Shown: positions 30,058 to 41,077 of the stretch, piece after piece
How the letters are laid out: each line of letters begins with the position of its first letter
Position numbering within the stretch: the first letter of the stretch is position 1
Origin: the human T2T-CHM13v2.0 reference genome, Homo sapiens
Length of the DNA: 64,000 nt
Direction: 5' to 3' (one strand)
Assembly: GCF_009914755.1 (NCBI RefSeq)
Contig: NC_060935.1
Notes under the pieces: model-generated
Told to the model about the DNA's origin: nothing
What the model saw: only the letters and a program-made list of their open reading frames with translations
Database searches by the model: none
Translations under genes and position numbers: made by a program

Positions 30058-31080
30058 CTTTGTGGTTTTATCTACTTTTGGTCTTTGATGATGGTGATGT
30101 ATAGATGGGTTTTTGGTGTGGATGTCTTTTCTGTTTGTTAGTTTTCCTACTAACAGACAGGACCGTCAGCTGCAGGTCTGTTGGAATTTGCTAGAGGTCC
30201 ACTCCAGACCCTGTTTGCCTGGGTATCAGCAGCGGTGGCTGCAGAACAGTGGATTTTCATGTACCACAAATGCTGCTGTCTGATCGTTCCTCTGGAATTT
30301 TTGTCTCAGAGGAGTACCTGGCCATGTGAGGAGTCAAGTCTGCCCCTGCTGTGGGATGCCTCCCAGTTAGGCTGCTCGGGGGTCAGGGATCAGGGACCCA
30401 CTTGAGGAGGCAGAGTGCCCATTCTCAGATCTCCAGCTGCGTGCTGGGAGAACCACTGCTCTCTTCAAAGCTGTCAGACAGGGACATTTAAGTCTGCAGA
30501 GGTTACTGCTGTCTTTTTGTTTGTCTGTGCCCTGCCCCCAGAGGTGGAGCCTACAGAGGCAGGCAGGCCTCCTTGAGCTGTGGTGGGCTCCACCCAGTTC
30601 GAGCTTCCCGGCTGCTTTGTTTACCTAAGCAAGCCTGGGCAATGGTGGGCGCCCCTCCCCCAGCCTCACTGCCACCTTGCAGTTTGATCTCAGACTGCTG
30701 TGCTAGCAATCAGCAAGATTCTGTGGGTGTAGGACCCTCTGAGCCATGTGCGGGATATAATCTCCTGGTTTGCTGTTTTTTAAGCCCGTCAGAAAAGCGG
30801 AGTATTACGGTGGGAGTGACCCGATTTTCCAGGTGCCGTCTGTCACCCCTTTCTTTGACTAGGAAAGGGAACTCTCTGACCCCTTGCACTTCCCGAGTGA
30901 GGCAATGCCTCGCCCTGCTTTGGCTCGCTCATGGTGTGCTGCACCCACTGTCCTGCGCCCACTGTCTGGCACTCCCTAGTGAGATGAACCCGGTACCTCA
31001 GATGGAAATGCAGAAATCACCCGTCTTCTGGGTCGCTCACACTGGGAGCTGTAGACTGGAGCTGTTCCTATTCGGCCATC
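30058..31080. promoter_or_regulatory. L1 5' UTR with sense promoter (minus) and antisense promoter (plus)
   Basis: Nearly complete L1PA 5' UTR; bidirectional promoter activity is established for L1PA 5' UTRs but not shown for this copy. Confidence 0.6.
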
Positions 31081-31091
31081 CTGATTTTTAA
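30642..31091 (+). CDS. L1 antisense ORF0, long form (149 aa); expression unknown
   Basis: ATG in GCAATGG context; MVGAPPPASLPPCSLISDCCASNQ matches the ORF0 N-terminus; frame stays open to a TAA at the element flank. Confidence 0.4.
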   Translation: MVGAPPPASLPPCSLISDCCASNQQDSVGVGPSEPCAGYNLLVCCFLSPSEKRSITVGVTRFSRCRLSPLSLTRKGNSLTPCTSRVRQCLALLWLAHGVLHPLSCAHCLALPSEMNPVPQMEMQKSPVFWVAHTGSCRLELFLFGHPDF

Positions 31092-31784
31092 ACTAAGATT
31101 ATTTATCAAATTTTTGACTGAAGTACCAGTCCAGTGTTAGTGGAGTTGGTTAGATCCTATTTGTAATCTTGAGGTAATTGGACTATTATAATCTTGTTGA
31201 TCCCTCAATCTGAATTTTTTTAGTAATCTGCCTACCACATACATGACCTTCATGAAAGTTTCTGTCCATGCACAGTATAAATTCCTCTTATTCCCTCTAA
31301 CATTAAATATAGCCTTACCTTCCTCAGTTACTGGACTCAGTTCTTGAATTGGTCTCTTGCAGGCTCCATCATGCAAAATTATGGTTTAGAAAAGGAAATA
31401 AAAACAGTGAAATGTGGGTTAAGATCATAACATACACTGCTATGGAAGCAGTCAAATTCTTGCTAAGGTAATTTTATTGGTGCAAAAAAATCTCTGGGTC
31501 AGTCCTTCTCAAGTCACTGCCCAGCAGTATGCCCTGGAGAGCTTACACTCAGTAGCCAGGAACAGGAGGAGCCAGAATGCAATTAGAAGCTAGGTGTGAA
31601 CTTAGTAGCCTTGTAGTCACAAGTCAAGGGAGCAAAATTCTGTTCCTAAGTACAGTTGCTAACTTTTGGTCCAAATCAATAATTTTATGAACAGTGGTCA
31701 AATAATAGTTAAAGCCATTGATCTCAAATATAATAGGTACATAATGGTCATAATCAAAGGTTTAAAAGCCAGTTAGATTCTGAT

Positions 31785-34557
31785 TGTGATGGTTAGTTAT
31801 TTGGGTCAGCTTTACTGGGCCATGGGGTCCCCAAATATTTTCTCATATCTTATTCTGGGTATGTCTGTCAGGGTGTTTTGGATGAGGTTAATATTTAAAT
31901 TGGTAGACTAAAGCGGATTACCCTCCTTTTTGAAGGCCTAAATCAAACAAAAAGGCTAAATAAGAGAGAATTGCACTGATTTAATGGTTGAGCTGGGTTT
32001 TTGATTTTCACCTGTCCTTAGACTGGAACTTTTGCCATCAGCTACTGATATGGTTTGGCTGTGACACCACCCAAATGTCATCTTGAATTGTAGTTCCCAT
32101 AATACACACATGTCAAGGGAGGCATCCAGTGGGAGATAATTGAATCATTGGGGGTGGTTACCTCCATGCTGTTCTTGTGATAGTGAGTTAGTTCTCACAA
32201 GATCTGATGGTTTTATAAGGGTTTTTTTCCCCCTTTTACTGGGCACTTCTTCCTGCCACCATGTGAAGAAGGATGCGTTTATTTCCATTTCTGCCATTAT
32301 TATAAGTTTCCTGAGGCCTCCCCAACCATGCAGAACTGTGAGTCAATTAAACCTCTTTCCTTTATAACTTACCCAGTCTCAGGTATTTCTTCACAGAAAC
32401 ATAAAATGGACTAATACAGTAAATTGGTACTATAGAGAGTGAAGTGTTGCCCTAAGGATACCCAGAAATGTGGAAGTGACTTTGGAGCTGGGTAACAGGC
32501 AGAGATTGGAACAGTTTGGAGGGCTCAGAAGAAGATAGAAAGATGTGGGAAAGTTTGTAATTTCCTAGAGTCTTGTTAAATGGCTTTGACCAAAATGCTG
32601 ATAATTATATAAGTAATGAAATCCAGGCTGAAGTGGTCTCAGATAAAGATGAGGAACTTTTTGGGAAGTGGAATAAGATAGTTCTTGCTATGCTTTAGCA
32701 AAGAGACTGGCAGCATTTTGCCCCTTCCCTAGAGATCTGTGGAATTTTGAACTTGAGAGAGACAATTTAGGGTATCTGGCAGAAGAAATTTCTAAGCAGC
32801 AAAGTGTTCAAGGAGAAACAGAGCTTAAAGCCTGGAAAATTTGCAGGCTGATGATGCGATAGAAAAGAAAAATCCATATTCTGGGGAGAAAGTCAAGCCC
32901 AGTGCAGAAATTTGTATAAGTAAAAACGAGCCCAATGTTAATCACCAAAGCAATGGGGAAAATGTCTACAGGGCATGTCAGAGACTTTTGCGGCAGCCCC
33001 TCCCATGACAGGCCTGATGGTCTATCAGGAAAAAATGGCATCATCGGCCAGGCCAAGGGCCCTTCTGCTGTGTGCAGCTTTGGGACTTGGTGCTCTGTGT
33101 CCCAGCTGCTCCAGCTGTGGCTAAAAGCAGCCAAGGTAAAACTCAGGCCATAGCTTTAGAGGGTGCAAGCCTTGAGCCTTGGCAGCTTCCACATGGTGTT
33201 GAGCCTGTGGGTACACAGAATTCAGGAATTGAGGTTTGGGAACCTCTGATTAGATTTCAGAGGATGTATGGAAGTGCCTGGATGTCCAGGCAGAAGTTTG
33301 CTGCAGAGGCAGAGCTCTCACGCAGAACCTCTGTTAGGGCAGTGCAGAAGGGAAATGAGGAGTTGGCATACCCACACAGAGTCCCCACTGGGGCACTGCC
33401 TAATGGAGCTGTGAGAAGAGGGCCACCATCCTCCAGACCCCCGAATGGTAGATCCACTGATAGTTTGGACCATGCACCTGGAAAAGCCAAAGACACTTAT
33501 GAAAGCAGCCAAGAGGGCACTGTACCTTGCAAAGTCACAGGGGTGGATCTGCCCAAGGCCATGGGAGCCCACCTCTTGCATCAGAGTAACCTGGTTGTGA
33601 GAAATGAAGTCAAAGGACACTATTTCAAAGCTTTAAAATTTATTTACTGCCTCGGTGGATTTCAGATGTGCATGAGGCTGTAGCCTCTTTGTTTTGGCCA
33701 ATTTCTCCCTTTGGGAGTGAGTGTATTTACCCAAAGCCTATACCCCCAATGTATCTAGGAAATAACTAACTTGCTTTTGATTTTACAGGCTCATAGGCAG
33801 AAGGGACATGCCTCATCTCCAATGAGACTTTGTACTTGGACTTTTGGGTTAATGCTGGAATGAATTAAGACCTTGAGAGATTGTTGGGAAGGCAGTATTG
33901 TGTTTAAAAATGTAAAGGCATAAGGTTTTGGAGGGACTGGCGTGAAATGATATGGTTGGCTGTGTCCCCGCCCAAATCTCATCATGAATTGTAATTCCCT
34001 TAATCCCCACTTGTGGTAGGAGGGACTTGGTGAGAGGTAACTGAATCATGGGGACAGTTACCCCCGTGCTGTTCTCATGATCCTGAGTTCTCAGCAGATC
34101 TGATGGTTTTATAAGGGGCTTTTTCTCCCATTTGCTTGGCACTTCTCCTTCCTGCCACCATGTGAAGAAGGATGTGTTTGCTTCACCTTCCACCATGATT
34201 GTAAGTTTTCTGAGGCCTTCCCAGTCATAAGGAACTGTGAGTCAATTAAACCCCTTTCCTTTATAAATTCCCCAGTCTTGGATATTTCTTCATAGTAGTA
34301 TGAGAATGGACTAATATACCTCTCCTGATTCTTAAACAATTGGACTTGAATGAGAAATTATACCCTCAGTTCTCTTGGGTGATCAGCTTGGCAGCTTCAG
34401 ATCTTGGAGTCCCAGCCTCCATAGTCATGGGAGCCAATTCTTTAAAAGAAGAATCTCTGTGTCTTTCTCTCTCTCTCTCCATATATATATATATAGTGTG
34501 TGTGTTTTTATCCATATCTATTGGTTCTATTTCTCTGTAGAATATTGACTAAATATA
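31785..34557 (+). mobile_element. MLT2D-like ERVL solo LTR split by THE1C (31785-32045 and 34319-34557)
   Basis: TGTGATGGTTAG start; resumes after THE1 with CTCTCCTG; TSD CTGAT/CTAAT. Confidence 0.8.
32046..34318 (+). mobile_element. Complete THE1C MaLR element (5' LTR 32046-32418, internal 32419-33947, 3' LTR 33948-34318)
   Basis: Two LTRs of about 372 bp with GGTTACC(T/C)CC and CACTTCT...ATGTGAAGAAGGA features; internal region homologous to 14269-15847. Confidence 0.93.
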
Positions 34558-34863
34558 CTAATACTGCATAATGAACAAGAGTAAACATTGAACAAGGGGA
34601 GCAGAATGGGCTAAGAGCTGTTTTTATTGTGCCTTCAGGCTTTTATGTATTTCTATTTTTTAGAAACAGAAATAGAAATCATAGTATTAGAGGTTATTAA
34701 TAAGAATTGAGTTAGATTATAAACAGAAAACTACAATAAATAATTTAGTAAAATTTAACATATATATGTTTATTATATGTATGTGTGCATATTATATACA
34801 CACATACATATAATAAAAATATATTAACTATTATATATGTTTGCATGTATGTCTAATGTGGAT

Positions 34864-34888
34864 ACACACACACACACACACACACACA
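34864..34888. repeat. (AC)12 microsatellite
   Basis: Read directly from sequence. Confidence 0.95.
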
Positions 34889-36929
34889 GTAACTTCCTAT
34901 TTCTGTATCCCTCATGCCATTCCCTAAGTGTAGTGCATTTGTGAAGTAAATTTGTATGTAGTGGCTGAATGTCAGGTAGAGTGCTCTGATATATCTCAAG
35001 ATTGTAATTTAATTTGAGTTTAATAATGGGGCACATTACTTTTATTTATGTTGCCAGCACAATTAATAGTGATTTCCTTGTCTTTCTTTGAATATACATT
35101 CTTGAAACCCTTGGGAACTCTGTGCGGTCATTAGGCCACAGTTAGAGGCAATCCAAAATTTATTTACATAGGTCAAGAATAAATTATTACTGGTTTCCAA
35201 AATAAGCATCATATTGTAATGACTAAAATTTTCTGCTGCTGAGACTGGAGCATAATTATATCATATCACAGCAATATTCTGATGACCTGGGGTTCTCTAC
35301 AATATAAACAGAAGTGTTAGTTGCAATCTCTGCAATGCATTTAAGGAATTTATTCAGTAGTAGAAGCTAATGTAGAATCAAGTATTGGAATAAGGAGACC
35401 CCCTATAAATTTAAACTCTTCAAATCATTTATAAATTGGCCTGCGCTTAAGGCCAATTTAGTGAAACCATTATTTTACTTCCTGAAATCTTTAGCTATTA
35501 TATTTTCTTATGAAAAGGTTTAGTGTTTTGAAAAGTAAATTGGTCCATATTTCACAGTAAGACTGCATCACTATTACTTTAACATTTGTTTTTCTAAATA
35601 TAAAAGTAATATTCCACCACAAATATTCCAAAATAAGGAAAAGGCATAAAAAACTACCCATACATCCAGCATTTAAATATGTATTAATACAATCTGAGTG
35701 TTTTCTGCCAATTTTTTTCTAAGACAATTTCTCTACAGTTGTAACAGAGTATATTATGATACATGTATACGTTTCATTGATTGTGATATCCTAAGCACAT
35801 GTTATACTGCTGCATAGGTTTGCTAGCCATAAGTTTAAATAGCTACATAATAGTTCACTGGATAAATTCAGCATAATTTTTAACTTTTAATTTTCAAGTG
35901 GAGATTTGCCTCTTTGAAAAAGTTGATGTGGGAAAATGAGAACAGGAGAATAGAAGTTATAAAATAGGTTAAATATTAGTTTATCTGAATTTTTAAATAT
36001 AAGAGGTATGAACATATATAAGACATATATAAATAACCAGCATTGGTCAGGGAGAAATAAAAATTTCTCTTTGGCAGAGAGATATGTAAATGGCCAACAT
36101 TGGTCAAAGAGAAGTGATTTTTTGTTGTTGTTGTTAAAAAGATAGCCATAAGGATTGGCGAGAACAGCCAATTCTTGTATTTATATCCAATTTGATTCAG
36201 AATAAAGTGAAAAAGTATAATCATCTAACATGTCTATGTGACAAACATAGAGTACCAACTAAATTTAAAATAAGATATTGAACTGCCACTGACTATATCT
36301 TCCACATGGAAGTAACAGAGAATTAGAGAAATCTTGCCCTTAAGGTCAGATATGCTATATATACATGTACACATGCATATACCTACACTAGACAAATGGA
36401 AAACCAAAATTTAAGTTAAAAATTGGGTAACTTGTGTATTATGTATCACCAAAATTATAATAGTGATTTTCAGAAGAAAAAAATTTTTCAATGTGTATAT
36501 GGGGTTTGGGCAAATGTAAGGAATTATAAGTAAAGGCTTTGTTTTTTCTACATATTTGAGGCTTTGCAGAATTTGAACTTGTGGAAATAGAACATGGAAG
36601 AAAGGTAACTTCAGACAGAAAAAAATAAAGTCAGAAAACAAAAATTCACAGGAAATATCAGCAGAATAGTAAATTCACAGAGGTTTTAGAGAAAAGCATG
36701 GTTGTATTAATGAGTATGAAAAACACTGATGCTTATCAGAACCTCTTTGAGAAAAGACAAATGAATGAACAAGTGAATGAATAAGTGAATGAGAATATGA
36801 AAATATTCCTTAGGGGAGAACAGAATGAGATTGTTTAGGAATTCTGTGGAAACAAGTTAAGAGTTGAGGTGTAATCCAACCCATATTGTTACTGAATCCT
36901 TGACTTCCACATCAGACTCAAAAATATTT

Positions 36930-37030
36930 AGCAGTAGGAACAATGGTCTGTTTTTTAATGTTATATCTCTCGTTTAGTAGTGTCTGGCACATAGTAAATA
37001 TTTAGTAAGTACTTGTTGAATTGGAATGAT
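36930..37030 (+). mobile_element. L2 3' terminus
   Basis: AGTGTCTGGCACATAGTAAATATTTAGTAAGTACTTGTTGAATTGGAATGA. Confidence 0.6.
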
Positions 37031-37479
37031 ACTTAATAAATGATTTATGAAAATGACTTGATACCCATCAGATTAGAAGTAAGAAGAAACACCAGTAAAA
37101 CTATAATAAAGGAATACACTCTAGGAAAAAAAATTAATTAAGATACAGCAGTACCATGTGATAAGTTTAGAAAAAGACAGGTGGAACATAGTGTTAAGTC
37201 TTGCAAAAAAAGACCCCAGTTAATAACCTTGTATTTACCTAGAAGATTGTCTTTACTTATTAATAGGCTATAGATTTTAAGAATGGTAATGAATAGAAGA
37301 ATGAATGGAGTCAATAAAAATTAGCAGTAAGCAAGTAAGCATTTCATAAAATAAAATATTGTATACATAATGTGAACACAATGTTATGGAATTTCTGGTT
37401 GGAAGTAGAATGCTGGGTGATAGTGCTGCTGGATTATGGACAATGGAAGGGCTGCTTTTAAATTGGAGGTTATAATGCT

Positions 37480-37940
37480 GATGAGAGGGTGTATCATAAT
37501 GTTTAAAGATTGTTTTGATGGTGAGACACAACACAATTACACTTAGATAGATGAAAGGCAGAACTCTTTTGTCAGTTACAGCAACAAGGGAAAGAAAGCT
37601 ACCAGGGAAGGCCACACAGGAGGCTCTACCTGAGGACAGGATAATAGCATGCTGGAACAGTAGGAGGTAGCTATGTATGACAAGTGGGGTAGGAGTTAGC
37701 TAGGTTTTTCAGGCACCCTGTGGACTGACTAATTTGAATAATTCCTCTGGCTTTTGGGCATAACAGCTTTCTCTGGTTGTCTGGTGGGTAGCCCCAAGAA
37801 GATTAGGTCTGGCACATAGTAGCCTGGATTGTAAGAGGGAAGTGATTGGGGTGTTGTCTTAATCAACTACTCAGAAAGAGTACTGACCAGCTACTAAGAG
37901 GGCCTCAACACTGGGTCAACATAATGACAACAAACATTAT
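37480..37940 (-). mobile_element. Ancient ERVL LTR (MER54/MER74/LTR53 group)
   Basis: GACTAATTTGAATAATTCCTCTGG...CTGGTTGTCTGGT...GATTAGG block typical of this group. Confidence 0.45.
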
Positions 37941-40900
37941 TACACAGGGGCTGCCCATGAATCACAGGTTATACTGAGATGAGCTGAATAGAATTATCTC
38001 ATGTCTTGTGGATTAGAGAGGGAAGGTCTGTGGAATAGTTTTCAGTAATATATAAAAGGAGATTTTTGTGAGCTATAGTTTATGAATGATAGAGCCAAGT
38101 TATGCTCTTGACCTGAGGCTAGAAAAGGAGATGGCTAAAGATTTCTGAGAATAATCACTCTTTCAGGGCATTTGTTTAAAGGTGAAGGAATGTCAGTCTT
38201 TAGTTAAATCTTCTTCACACTGGAAATAACCAAAATGTCAAGGAGATATGTCACCAAGGAATGGCCAGACATGGCTTTATGATGACTACTGCTCTGAGAA
38301 CAATAGGGTATCCAGCCCAGCTTAAACAGTTTGAGAAGCATTTAGGACACTTTTCAAGGTCTCTGCTCTTGAGGAGTTTACAACTTGGTGTCATATTGTC
38401 ATAAAACTCTTCATGGCAATTGTCATGGTGGAAGATTTTCTCCAAGCTCTATAAAATCTACTTTATAGTTCCCTGCAGCTTCTACATGTAATATTAATTA
38501 TTAGCCTATAATTTTCTTTTCCTTTCCTAACAACTATTCTTAGTTAAAGCAATTTTAATGGTATTGTTTCTCTGACAAGTATTATGGGTATTTTATGGAA
38601 GTTAATATTGGTTTCCCAAATATTACCTAAAACTATTCAGAAATAAATAAAAGAACACCTTCTTGCTGAAATTCTATAGCTCTTCTTAATGATAGAGAAG
38701 CATTGCTTCTTCATATGTATTTCCAGGAAAGCACCTACTTACTTGTCCTGATGGTGCTGCTATGGAATGGTAACTTCAAAAATTACAAATTTAGCCTGAA
38801 GACATGGTGACTTTGAAGACACATAGGACTCGAGTTCAGCAAGAGAAAAACCCAATGCCATATTAACTATTCAAATGGATTGGATGTTTCCTTTTAATGG
38901 CTTTTAAATGAAGATTTGCCCTCTGTTCCTTTCCATGATTTATTTGTGTTAAGGAAATATAACATCGCATTACGAAAACTAAACTACATGGCCTTGTGCC
39001 TGAAGAATACATATATAATTCATGAAATGGGTCAATAGTTTTGTAGGAAAACAAATGGCTACTTTATTTAGGGTGGACAATTAAATTGCATTGGTGGAAG
39101 AAAATTATAACTGAGTACTTATCTTTATTCATGAATGATAGGGCAGCTCTTTCCTGAACTTACTGGAGAGGGACACATATGGCTTAAACCACCAGTACAG
39201 AGATGTGCCAGGCAGCTTGAGAGACATCTGAGCTTGGAGGCAAAACTAAGAATTTGTCAGTTTGCATGAATATAGCATCTTTCCTGGTATTTATACCACC
39301 CACTGTCTGTCATAATGAATCAAGCTCAGATTAGAGTCTGTTAACTTTCAGATATAAATATTATAGTTTAGTTTTTTTTTTCTTTTTCAAAGAAAAACAA
39401 GAGGAAAGGGAGAAATTGCTTTTATAGATTGTTGCTAGGGAAACCATTCAGCTGGGCTTTTTACTTTATGGCCTGTCTGCCTTATTCTGTATGTACTCCA
39501 CAAAGAGTCACCGTGTGGTTTGCTCTCAAGTTCAAATTGGGAATTATGCTATGGGTTTTAAAATAGTTTTTAGAAAATGAATATATTATCTGATTTCATT
39601 TACAGCATCGCAGTACTTATTCATTGTTGAGCTAGTTATTTATAAGAATCTACTGGCCCGGATTCTTAAAAAGGTGAGAAAACTTGTAAACCTTTGAGGC
39701 TTTCTTCCTTAACAGGTTTGTTAAATTTCATCAATTCAGAGCTTAGCTTTTGCTCAAAAAAAAGACCTGTTTTTCTTTTCCGTAAGCCTCGACAAACATC
39801 ATTCTCCATGTATTCTTTAATTTAGCCTAAATCAGTACTACATCCAGCACCTTAGAAAATTGCAGGCTTGTCACTCAACAAATATGGTAATGATAATACA
39901 AACTATTCATACAGAACTTTTCAAAATTTTATCATATGCATGATCTGCTGTAAAGGTCACAAAAGTATTGTTACTCTCATCTCAAAGATAAAACTGAGTA
40001 AATTGACTCATTAAAAACTATAGAGTGAATAAGTAACATAGCCACTACTTAATTTATTATTTTCATTTCCATACAGTGAAAAATATTTGAAGAATCATCA
40101 GGAAATGCATGCATCCTGTGATTAAATATGTGTTTATTTTGTATTTAAGTGGGCCACCTGAGATACTTGCCACAGATAATTCAAACAGAAGGGCCCCAGC
40201 TGTGCACACTATGTAACACTTTTTTATATCTTCTGACATTGAAAAGTGAGACTTACGGGAATACTTAGCCTCGTAAATGAGAGAGTGGGTATTTTTTATT
40301 TAATGGGACTTTTCCTCCATGTGAACAGTGAGTAAGAAGCATTGAGAAGCAGGTTTCCCTAAGCTAAGAAAGATTTCCCAAGTCATATCTCTTTTTGAAA
40401 GGACAGAAAATACCCTTATAAAAATAGTTGTGTTACAGTACTCACTTCTGGAACCCAGAGCAGGGCAAGACCCCTGCAGTGATGTTAAGTGACTCATTTC
40501 TGGATGGTGATTTCAGAATCAACTTGTCCTGAAACAAGCATTATACACGTTATGCTAGGAGGTAACTTTATCAGCAACAAAAAATCCTAAGAGAAATATC
40601 ATGATATTTCTTTTTGCAACAGCAAAAAGGCAGGGCTTATGACAAATATGAGAAGAGATATTAAATACATGCAGAAGCGTTAACATATAACCAAATAGGA
40701 AAGAGAGTCCGGGTGTGACTACATTAACAAAAGGCACTGACAGCTGAGATAAGAGTGTTTGTGAAGAACTACTCCATCCCATCATGGCCACTCTGCTGGG
40801 GAACAAAATTGGCCGGGATGGGAAAATCTCAAATACCAGCAATTACACAGATAAGGACTAACTCAACATTTGTGGATTTTGTTGTTATTGTAGAACTCTC

Positions 40901-41077
40901 ATTTTTTCTTTTTTTCTCAAATTGTTCGCTGGAGTAGTGCCTGTTATCTTTCTTATTGCAGTTAAACTAGCAGTCCATTATTCCACCTCTAAATTATTTG
41001 GTGGGTGAATGTGGAAAGACACCAAAATGTTTTTTTTTTTTTTCTTAAATACACATTGTGCTATAAATTATATGTAT

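Noticed and set aside
33072-33683. 203-aa ORF as a gene
   Set aside because: THE1C internal ORF remnant, homologous to the THE1A one; non-ATG start and frameshifts upstream
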